Shown here in pieces: positions 20,677 to 28,164 of a stretch of 59,364 bases of DNA. Each line of letters starts with the position of its first letter. The stretch's first letter is position 1. The position numbers and the translations under genes were made by a program. Source of the stretch: Promethearchaeota archaeon (GTDB lineage Archaea; Asgardarchaeota; Lokiarchaeia; Sigyniarchaeales; SOKP01); the NCBI GenBank assembly GCA_019058295.1, contig JAHPZI010000001.1, forward strand, positions 124,786 to 184,149, given 5' to 3'. The notes under the pieces are model-generated. The model made no database searches. It was not told where the DNA came from and worked only from the letters and a program-made list of their open reading frames with translations.

Positions 20677-22922
20677 TGCCTAAAGTTATAAGTAATGGAG
20701 ACGAATTAGACGTCGATCTTACACAACCTGAAATAAAACAAATAAAGGATTTATTAGAAAGAGACCCTACTATCACAGAATGGGGCATGTTCGATGTAAT
20801 GCATAGTGAACATTGTTCTTATAAATCCTCTCGACCAAAATTAAAATTATTTGAAGATGCTGAAAAGAATTATGATTATGTACTAGCAGGTCCTGGACAA
20901 GATGCTGGCGTTATCGATATAGGAGATGGATTTGCCTTAGCATTTAGAATTGAATCCCATAACCATCCTTCTGCTATTGAACCATATCATGGTGCAGCAA
21001 CAGGAATCGGTGGAATTATCAGAGATATTCTATGCATGGGCGTAAGACCTATAGCATTGTTGGATCCGCTAAGATTTGGTCCGTTAAAGGGAAATCCTCA
21101 CTCTCAATGGTTATTTAAATATGTTGTTAAAGGCATAGCCGATTATGGAAACTGTACTGGTATCCCGACTATAGGTGGAGAAGTAGAGTTTGATAAAAGT
21201 TTCGAGAGTAATTGTCTAGTTAATGTTGCATGTATTGGATTAGGGACAATTGAAGATTTTGAACATGCTCCAAGTAAAGCATATAATCCGGGGGATTATG
21301 TTATTTTGATGGGAGGCTCCACCGGACGAGATGGAATCCATGGAGTGACTTTTGCTTCACGCACGCTTACTGAAATGTCGGAAGCAGATAGACCAGCAGT
21401 CCAGATTGGTGATCCATTTACCAAAAAATTAATTATAGAAGCAACTATAGAGGCCGTGAAGACAGGATATGTTAGGGGTCTAAAGGATCTTGGAGGGGGA
21501 GGATTATCTTGTGCATTAAGCGAACTTACGGGAGACGGGGGCACTGGTGGCGATATTGACATGTCTAAAATTTTTACTAGAGAACCAGGGATGAATTCAT
21601 TTGAAATAATGCTCTCAGAATCTCAGGAAAGGATGGCTTTTATAGTTAAACCGGAAGGATTGGAAACCGTTTTAGAAGTATTTAGGAAATTTGAGATGGC
21701 TCATGCTGTAATAGGTAGAACTGATGATTCTAAAGTGTTAAAAGTAAAGGATGGAAATTCTCTCGTTGTAAACTTACCAGCTACGGCATTGTCAGATGCT
21801 CCCACAATCCCTCGAGAAGAAAAGCGTCCAGAATATCTCGATAAATTAATTGCTCAACAAACTCCAGAACCTAAAAAGGACCTTGAGGAAATAATGTATG
21901 ATTTAATAGCATCTGAAAATATCTGCAGCAAAGAGTGGGTATATCGACAATATGATCATGAGGTCGGGGTAAGATCAGTTGTTAAATGCGGAGATGGAGA
22001 TTCAGGAGTACTGAGAATCATCGGTACTAATAAATTCTTAGCCGCCAGCGTTGGAATAAATTCAAAACATTGTTATCTTAATCCATATGAAGGCACAAAA
22101 GGAGGTTTAGTGGAAATATGTGGAAATGTAATTGCAAATGGAGCAAAACCTATGGCCATGGTCAATTGTTGCAATTTTGGAAACCCAGAAATACCCGAAT
22201 CTTTTTGGTACTTTTCTCATGCCGTTAAAGGTATGGCAGATTTCTGTACACAACTAAGAATACCAATTATAGGCGGAAATGTTTCTTTCTATAATGAAGA
22301 TGAAGTTAATAAAACTGCAATTAAACCTACTCCAGTAATAATGATTGTGGGTATTATAGAGGGTAAAGAAAATGTCATCACATTACCATTCAAAAAAACT
22401 GAGCATGATATCTTATTACTAGGAGAGACAAAGGCAGAATTAGGGGGTTCAGAATATCACTCAGTTATTTATGATCTTGAAGGTGGAACACCCCCACATG
22501 TAGATGAGAAGAAAATAAAAGCAAATTGGAATTTTCTGTTTGAACTATATAATAACAATCTTGTAAAAGCAAATCATGATGTAAATAAAGGTGGATTAAT
22601 TATTACCATTGCTGAAATGTGTTTTAAAAATAATTTAGGAGTAGACTTAGATTTTAATGAATGCTATGATGATAACTTAAGAGATGACGAATTTCTATTT
22701 AGCGAATCGGTTGGAAGATTCATTATAGAGACACAACCTAAAGATTATAATAAAATCATGGAAATTGCCAAAAACCTCAAAGTTAATGTAAAAAAAATAG
22801 GATTTTTAATTGCTAATCCAGAAATACATATAAAAGGTCTAAAAGGGAAAGACGTTAAGCTCGATGTTAATAAAATGAAAAAATTGTATGAAGTTACAAT
22901 TCCAAACCTTATGGAAATTTAA
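20676..22922 (+). CDS. purL: FGAM synthase subunit PurL
   Basis: SEHCSYKSS, ESHNHPSA, DLGGGG, LSESQER and GGNVSFYNE. Confidence 0.97.
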   Translation: MPKVISNGDELDVDLTQPEIKQIKDLLERDPTITEWGMFDVMHSEHCSYKSSRPKLKLFEDAEKNYDYVLAGPGQDAGVIDIGDGFALAFRIESHNHPSAIEPYHGAATGIGGIIRDILCMGVRPIALLDPLRFGPLKGNPHSQWLFKYVVKGIADYGNCTGIPTIGGEVEFDKSFESNCLVNVACIGLGTIEDFEHAPSKAYNPGDYVILMGGSTGRDGIHGVTFASRTLTEMSEADRPAVQIGDPFTKKLIIEATIEAVKTGYVRGLKDLGGGGLSCALSELTGDGGTGGDIDMSKIFTREPGMNSFEIMLSESQERMAFIVKPEGLETVLEVFRKFEMAHAVIGRTDDSKVLKVKDGNSLVVNLPATALSDAPTIPREEKRPEYLDKLIAQQTPEPKKDLEEIMYDLIASENICSKEWVYRQYDHEVGVRSVVKCGDGDSGVLRIIGTNKFLAASVGINSKHCYLNPYEGTKGGLVEICGNVIANGAKPMAMVNCCNFGNPEIPESFWYFSHAVKGMADFCTQLRIPIIGGNVSFYNEDEVNKTAIKPTPVIMIVGIIEGKENVITLPFKKTEHDILLLGETKAELGGSEYHSVIYDLEGGTPPHVDEKKIKANWNFLFELYNNNLVKANHDVNKGGLIITIAEMCFKNNLGVDLDFNECYDDNLRDDEFLFSESVGRFIIETQPKDYNKIMEIAKNLKVNVKKIGFLIANPEIHIKGLKGKDVKLDVNKMKKLYEVTIPNLMEI

Positions 22923-23106
22923 ATTGATTAATTAAAACAGACTTCTAAAATAATATAGATAATTATAAATATGCATGAATTCTCTTTATAAATGGATTTC
23001 TTAGTAAGAAAAACTTTAATATATACATAAGTTTTTTAATAACTAGCAATAACTTATCATTTAAAAAATAGAATTTTTATAGATTTGCTTATTCATTCAA
23101 AGGTGG

Positions 23107-23307
23107 TTGATTACGCGAGCGAGAGCATGTATAAAATGTAGAGAATATGTCATTATACACCCAGATAATCCTTTGAATCAGGAGACAATTAAAGTATTCG
23201 AAGGGAAACATCGGACACACACACTAATAACGCTTGATCTCGAGGAAGTAAAAGGTCAATATACAAATTTTCAATCACAGAAATCGTCTGAAGAAGAATC
23301 TGATTGA
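23107..23307 (+). CDS. small putative zinc-binding protein (CxxC...HxxH)
   Basis: RACIKCREY...KHRTH; TTG start preceded by AGGTGG; T-rich tract downstream. Confidence 0.7.
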   Translation: MITRARACIKCREYVIIHPDNPLNQETIKVFEGKHRTHTLITLDLEEVKGQYTNFQSQKSSEEESD

Positions 23308-23484
23308 ATGCCTAGAATAATTATGCAATTTTTTATTTTTTATCCTTTTTTACAATTATTATATTTAAAATTTATATAGTACCTTTAAGATTTTTTTATA
23401 TCCAAATCTTTTGAATTAAATCAAAGGATCAGCGATTTTGGATTAATATTTTAAATTAATTAATGCTGACTCGATAGAGTTTAG

Positions 23485-23554
23485 ATGTTCGATTTTCGAT
23501 ATATTTAAATATATGATATTACTTCTAATTATTATATTCGATTTATGATATATT
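23485..23554 (+). promoter_or_regulatory. padR-hsp20 promoter with two putative operator copies flanking a TATA box
   Basis: ATGTTCGATTTTCGATATATT (23485-23505) and ATATTCGATTTATGATATATT (23534-23554) flank TTTAAATA (23504-23511). Confidence 0.5.
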
Positions 23555-23581
23555 ATTAAAAAAAATCAGTGAATTCAAGAA

Positions 23582-24232
23582 ATGTTTTTTGGCAAGAGAT
23601 TTAGCGGTTATCATAGTGGTAGATTATCCGGCTTAGATATATTAGTACTTTCAATTATAAAAAATAATAATGGAATTTCTGGATACAAACTAATCCAAAA
23701 AGTAAATAGAAAATTTAAAGACTTATGGAAAGCATCAGCAGGTACGATTTATCCGTTATTAAGTCGATTGGCAGAGAAAAATTTGGTTAAAATTGAGGAA
23801 TTAATGAGACACAATCGTCAAATTAAAAGTTATAAAATTACTGAAGCTGGAAAAACAGCTCTTAAAAAAGTCTTAGAAAACAATTTAGAACCGAGTATCA
23901 ATTGTCTTGGGGACTACATAAGGACTATTATGAAGGCATCAGTACCGAGTGAGAAATTTATTGAAAAAGTAATGCATTGTTTTCCATTTCCAGAAATTCC
24001 TTTCGATGAAGAGATTAATACTTCAGATTTTTCTAAAGAAAACATTGAACGTTTAAAAAGGATTATTTGGCATTTAAACCATGGGAAACAGAGATTAAAA
24101 AAGAAATTGAATGGAATGAATGAAAAGATTGAGAAATACACTAAAATTCTCGAAAAAATTGAAATTGAACGAAACAAGAATGCAAAACCAATTGAAATCG
24201 TTGATAACGATGAAGAGTTTGAAAATTTTTAA
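23582..24232 (+). CDS. PadR-family transcriptional regulator
   Basis: SGYKLIQ, SAGTIYPLLSRL and YKITEAGK winged HTH. Confidence 0.9.
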   Translation: MFFGKRFSGYHSGRLSGLDILVLSIIKNNNGISGYKLIQKVNRKFKDLWKASAGTIYPLLSRLAEKNLVKIEELMRHNRQIKSYKITEAGKTALKKVLENNLEPSINCLGDYIRTIMKASVPSEKFIEKVMHCFPFPEIPFDEEINTSDFSKENIERLKRIIWHLNHGKQRLKKKLNGMNEKIEKYTKILEKIEIERNKNAKPIEIVDNDEEFENF

Positions 24233-24288
24233 TAATTTAATAAATAAAATTTGAAAAATAAATTAAAAAAAAAGGAGGTAAAAAAGAT

Positions 24289-24762
24289 ATGTGTCATGAA
24301 ACAGGTTCTGAACACCATTTTGGGCATGGTTTCCTTCCTTTCGCTGGTAAGGATTTTCCTCATATGATGAAAAGAATAGGACGTCATATAAACGAATGTA
24401 TGGGTAGATTTGGTTCTTGGGTACCTTACAATTTAGAAAAACTAGAAAATGGTTATTTGATTGTAGTGCCATTACCAGGTCGTACTAAAGAGGATGTAAA
24501 TATTTCTCTTATAGGAAATAGCTTAAACATTAAAGCTGCGAAACCAAAGACGTCTGAAGAAACTAACGATGACAAAGAAACGCCGGGAATTCCATTTTTT
24601 AGACATTTCTTCTCTTTTATGAATGTTGATATGGATATTGCTTTACCGGCTGACGCAGATTTAGATTCTATTAAGTCAATAATGTCAAATGGGGTCTTAA
24701 AAATAAAGCTCGGGAAAAAACCATCAAGGAATATTGACATTAATACTGAAGGAAACAATTAA
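24289..24762 (+). CDS. small heat-shock protein (Hsp20/alpha-crystallin)
   Basis: PLPGRTKEDV, IALPADAD, SNGVLKIKL and a C-terminal IDI (IxI) motif; SD GGAGGT upstream. Confidence 0.88.
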   Translation: MCHETGSEHHFGHGFLPFAGKDFPHMMKRIGRHINECMGRFGSWVPYNLEKLENGYLIVVPLPGRTKEDVNISLIGNSLNIKAAKPKTSEETNDDKETPGIPFFRHFFSFMNVDMDIALPADADLDSIKSIMSNGVLKIKLGKKPSRNIDINTEGNN

Positions 24763-24782
24763 TCCAAATTGTTAGAAATAAA

Positions 24783-24840
24783 GGTAAGTGCTCTGAAATT
24801 TTTCTAAGGTGTCGCACCTATCTAATTCCATAGCACTACC
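24783..24840 (+). other. long imperfect hairpin in the hsp20 3' UTR, followed by an oligo-T terminator
   Basis: GGTAAGTGCT...AGCACTACC outer stem, TGAAATT/AATTCCA middle stem, AGGTG-TCG-CACCT apex; T-tract from 24852. Confidence 0.5.
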
Positions 24841-24969
24841 CAATAATTATATTTTTTTTTCTTTTTTATTTTTATTTTTATTTTATTTATGAACCTCCGA
24901 ATAAAAGTCAAATTTTAAATTATAATTTGAATAATTAATTTTAATTCAAATTAAAAAAAAATTAGTACA

Positions 24970-25680
24970 ATGTTGTCGCAGAATTCTAATTTAGAAATAT
25001 CTGGTTGGCTTGATGGATTTACAGCCACTATAATTGTTATATTTGGTGCTGTATTCTCACTTACCGTTTTATATAGAGCAAGAAAAATGGAAGCTAAGCT
25101 CCTTATTTATGGTGCTTTCATGGGTTTGTTTGCGACTCTTTTATGGTTGGGACCTTGCGTGGATTTTTTTACGAAGATATCTACTGGTCAAAATCTGAAA
25201 CCAGTGGAGCTCTATGGAATTTTAAGTTATATGTGGGTCGCTCCTGCAACCGTCTTAGGTCTGTACCTTGGAGCCGAACTCATGCTACCTAAGTTTAAGA
25301 AGCATATTGTAATTATTTATGCTATTCTAGGTATAATATTTGAATTAGTATTATTCTTAGATACAACGAATGCCTTTGAATTTGAGATCACCGGAGGGGC
25401 AATTGATGCAAGCTTTGTCTATGGTCATGCTACTTTCATTTTAATTGTAGTTTTTTTACTAACTGTCTTTCTCCTTAATGGTTTAGGAAGTTTGCGTCAG
25501 GTGCTTAAGACAACTGGTGTAGTAAGAAAAAAATTTGCATATATGTCAATAACTTTTATTTTGTTTGTTATTGTGGGCGCATTAGATGCATTAGGTTCAG
25601 CTTTAGGTCCAGTTTTATTTATAGCAAGAATGGGGATGATTGTATGTGCATTCCTCCTGTATTCTGCATTAAAACCTTAA
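24970..25680 (+). CDS. orphan 7TM membrane protein (HisKA_7TM-like sensor fold, no cytoplasmic output domain)
   Basis: Seven hydrophobic segments; paralogue of the next gene. Confidence 0.75.
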   Translation: MLSQNSNLEISGWLDGFTATIIVIFGAVFSLTVLYRARKMEAKLLIYGAFMGLFATLLWLGPCVDFFTKISTGQNLKPVELYGILSYMWVAPATVLGLYLGAELMLPKFKKHIVIIYAILGIIFELVLFLDTTNAFEFEITGGAIDASFVYGHATFILIVVFLLTVFLLNGLGSLRQVLKTTGVVRKKFAYMSITFILFVIVGALDALGSALGPVLFIARMGMIVCAFLLYSALKP

Positions 25681-25822
25681 AATCTTAAAATCTTATTTTT
25701 TTTATTTCTATTTTTTATTTAAATAAAGCTTAAATAACTAAATTTTAAATATAAGTTAATTAAAAATATTTCATATAAGAATAGTAAATTTTAATTAATA
25801 TCTAAAAGTGTGATGTTATAAA

Positions 25823-26554
25823 ATGTTTTTTCAAGGTTCTGACTCTGAACTTAATAGTCTATATAGCTTGCTTGATGGTATCACAGCGACTTGTATCGTT
25901 GTATTTGGAATTATATTCGCAATAATAGTATTTTATAAAGCGAGAAAAATGGAGGCAAAGCTCTTAATATATGCTGCTTTAATGGGCGGATTTGCAAGTC
26001 TTTTATGGTTAGGTTCATGTTCTTCTTTTTTATCAGTAATAGTGTTTGGGGGTCATTTGGAGCCAATTGGGCTATATGGCATTTTAGGTTATATGTGGGT
26101 TGCCCCAGCGGCTATCATTGGTCTGTACATAGGAGCCGAACTCATGTTACCCGAGAAAAAGAAGATAATTGTAATTATTTATGCTATACTAAGTATCATA
26201 TTTGAATTATTACTATTTGTAGATTTTCTATTTTTTGATCCAATGAGATCCATAGAATATGAAATATCGGGAAGTTCAATTGATTCTAGTTTTGTCTATG
26301 GCCACCCTATATTCATATTAATTGTAATTTTTTTAGTCTCTGTTTTACTTCTTAACGGAATAGGAAGTATAAATAAGGCTATTCAGTCAACGGGAGTAGT
26401 AAGAAAAAAATTTTTGTTAATGGCGATAACTTTTATTATTTTCGTAATAGTAGCAGCTTTAGACTCTCTATTGCCTCATGGACCAGCTTTATTTATAGCA
26501 AGAATGGGGATGGTTGTATGTGCATTCCTACTGTATTTTGCATTAAAACCTTAA
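25823..26554 (+). CDS. orphan 7TM membrane protein, tandem paralogue
   Basis: Shares ARKMEAKLLIY, YMWVAPA, GAELMLP, TGVVRKKF and FIARMGM...ALKP with 24970..25680. Confidence 0.75.
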   Translation: MFFQGSDSELNSLYSLLDGITATCIVVFGIIFAIIVFYKARKMEAKLLIYAALMGGFASLLWLGSCSSFLSVIVFGGHLEPIGLYGILGYMWVAPAAIIGLYIGAELMLPEKKKIIVIIYAILSIIFELLLFVDFLFFDPMRSIEYEISGSSIDSSFVYGHPIFILIVIFLVSVLLLNGIGSINKAIQSTGVVRKKFLLMAITFIIFVIVAALDSLLPHGPALFIARMGMVVCAFLLYFALKP

Positions 26555-26614
26555 AATCTTAATTTTTTATTCTAAATTTTTATTTTAAAGGAAGAATTTG
26601 GTGTTTAATAAAAA

Positions 26615-26695
26615 TCAAGTGAAATTTCGCCCTCCTCCTCAAATGGAAGGAATCGGTTGTAACTCTGCCACACCCTGGCTTTTTGAAATTCTTGA
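26615..26695 (-). ncRNA. candidate small structured RNA
   Basis: GC-rich island closed by terminal pairing (TCAAG/AATTTC...GAAATT/CTTGA) with two internal hairpins; minus-strand TTTATATA ~22 nt upstream and a T-run just downstream. Confidence 0.4.
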
Positions 26696-26715
26696 ATAAT
26701 AATAAGTTACTTCGT

Positions 26716-26790
26716 TATATAAATGCATAAGGGAGGATTTTTGACTGGGGCAATGATATATAAATGCATAAGGAAGGATTTTTGATTGGG
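26716..26790. repeat. 34-bp direct repeat x2 (41-bp period) containing a TATA box
   Basis: TATATAAATGCATAAGGGAGGATTTTTGACTGGG (26716-26749) vs TATATAAATGCATAAGGAAGGATTTTTGATTGGG (26757-26790): 2 mismatches. Confidence 0.9.
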
Positions 26791-26806
26791 TGGCAAAAGT
26801 TGTGTT

Positions 26807-26825
26807 ATCAGTGTATCACATTGAT
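26807..26825. promoter_or_regulatory. inverted repeat, putative RHH operator
   Basis: ATCAGTGT-ATC-ACATTGAT (7/8 arm match) just upstream of TTTATTTATA and the RHH gene. Confidence 0.4.
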
Positions 26826-26891
26826 ATATTTATTTATATCCTAATTATAAAATTAAAAAACAATAATATAAAAAAAGGTGTTTAAGAGAAT

Positions 26892-27053
26892 ATGAAGTTA
26901 ATAACATGCCACCTACCTGAGGCATACTTGGCTGGAATCGAAGAATTAGTTAATTTAAATGTGTATCCAAATCGTTCGGAAGTCATTCGTGTCGCAATAC
27001 GCGACTTGCTCAAAAGTGAGCTCACTACTATTGTTCGAAAGCCACAAGATTGA
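26892..27053 (+). CDS. ribbon-helix-helix (CopG/CdrS-like) transcriptional regulator, 53 aa; below the ORF-track cutoff
   Basis: MKLITCHLPEAYLAGIEELVNLNVYPNRSEVIRVAIRDLLKSELTTIVRKPQD; YPNRSExIRxA is typical of archaeal CdrS-like RHH proteins. Confidence 0.88.
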   Translation: MKLITCHLPEAYLAGIEELVNLNVYPNRSEVIRVAIRDLLKSELTTIVRKPQD

Positions 27054-27223
27054 GAAAATTATTTTTTTATTCTTTTTCTTTTTTATACATGTTTATAGCT
27101 TATAATATAGTGAAATAGAGCAGAGTGGTTATTTCACCCCAAATCTCTTCTAAAGATTTTTTTAATACAGATTATTTATAGATTTAATGAATTTTTCACA
27201 TTACGACTTTGAGTTAAATTAAA

Positions 27224-27721
27224 ATGAAAAAAGTAAGTCAAGAAGACAAATTATTCTATTTTGAGCGGAATTTTTTCACGTTAGACGGATTATGGATGAT
27301 TGAAACAGAGAAGGAATTAAATTGGGAGAATGCATTGAAAATTGATTTAGCTGTTTGGAAAAAATTATTAAAAATAATTATTCGTAGAATTAAAAAATAT
27401 TTGAAAATAGAAACAAATACGCTCACAGATTTAGTTGAGATATTAACTTTTAGGTGGTCTATTGAAGGATGGAAATACAATACTGTAAAAAATGAGGAAA
27501 CAGAAGCTTTAATTGAAATTCATGGATGTCCATATAAATCTACCATGGATCGAAACCCTGATCGCCACGATAAAATTCCTTTAATATGCCGTAATATGTG
27601 TATTCCTTTTTATAAAGAAATCGTTGAGAATTTTAATTCTAAAATTAGGTTAGAAAGAAATGAATTCATGGGATTGGGGAATGATTTATGCGATTTTCAT
27701 TTTAAAATAGAAGAGAAATAA
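27224..27721 (+). CDS. DUF6125 / ATC-hydrolase-like (V4R-related) Cys-containing protein
   Basis: FTLDGLWM, GCPY, CRNMC and CDFHF. Confidence 0.65.
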   Translation: MKKVSQEDKLFYFERNFFTLDGLWMIETEKELNWENALKIDLAVWKKLLKIIIRRIKKYLKIETNTLTDLVEILTFRWSIEGWKYNTVKNEETEALIEIHGCPYKSTMDRNPDRHDKIPLICRNMCIPFYKEIVENFNSKIRLERNEFMGLGNDLCDFHFKIEEK

Positions 27722-27726
27722 GTAAT

Positions 27727-28152
27727 ATGGAAGATTTAAGCTATAAATGGAATTATTACGATTATTTAAGGATTATTCCTGCAATAATTTTTGCGGGAAT
27801 TATTTTTTATTTTTCTTCTTTAAGCAATCCTTACCCAGTAAGACCCCCTGGACCCCCTCGTATTTTAGAATTAGAGGTATCCATAAATGATATATTACAT
27901 ATCTGCGAATATGCATTATTATCTCTTTTAATTGCGTTTGGATTTTCTGATAAAGTGAGATCGGTTTATTTAATTTTAATCACAATTCTTTACGCAATTT
28001 TAGATGAAATACACCAATATTTCGTTCCAAATCGTTATTTTAGTTTTTACGATATTCTTTTAGATTCTATTGGAGTGATTTTAGGATTTTTATTTTATGT
28101 TATTTTAACTAATTTAATAAAAAGATTAAGGAAAAAAACAAACGAGGGATAA
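27727..28152 (+). CDS. VanZ-family membrane protein
   Basis: LHICEYALL and DEIHQYFVPNR...DILLDSIG. Confidence 0.9.
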   Translation: MEDLSYKWNYYDYLRIIPAIIFAGIIFYFSSLSNPYPVRPPGPPRILELEVSINDILHICEYALLSLLIAFGFSDKVRSVYLILITILYAILDEIHQYFVPNRYFSFYDILLDSIGVILGFLFYVILTNLIKRLRKKTNEG

Positions 28153-28164
28153 ACTCACAATATT

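Noticed and set aside
26640-26680. Cobalamin or other riboswitch resemblance (GGAA..GGTTGTAA..GCCAC)
   Set aside because: Too short, lacks the remaining conserved elements, and is not positioned in the leader of a relevant gene.
26639-26728. Minus-strand 29-codon ORF ending in TGA followed by GGA GGA GGG (possible tiny selenoprotein)
   Set aside because: No resemblance to VhuU (DPU motif) or other Sec motifs, no SECIS seen nearby, and the start overlaps the TATA repeat.
26716-26790. 34-bp direct repeats as a mini-CRISPR
   Set aside because: Only two copies with a 7-nt spacer, no cas genes, and the unit contains a TATA box.
27110-27137. Small hairpin GTGAAATAG...TTATTTCAC
   Set aside because: A 9-bp AT-rich stem could arise by chance, and there is no further support.
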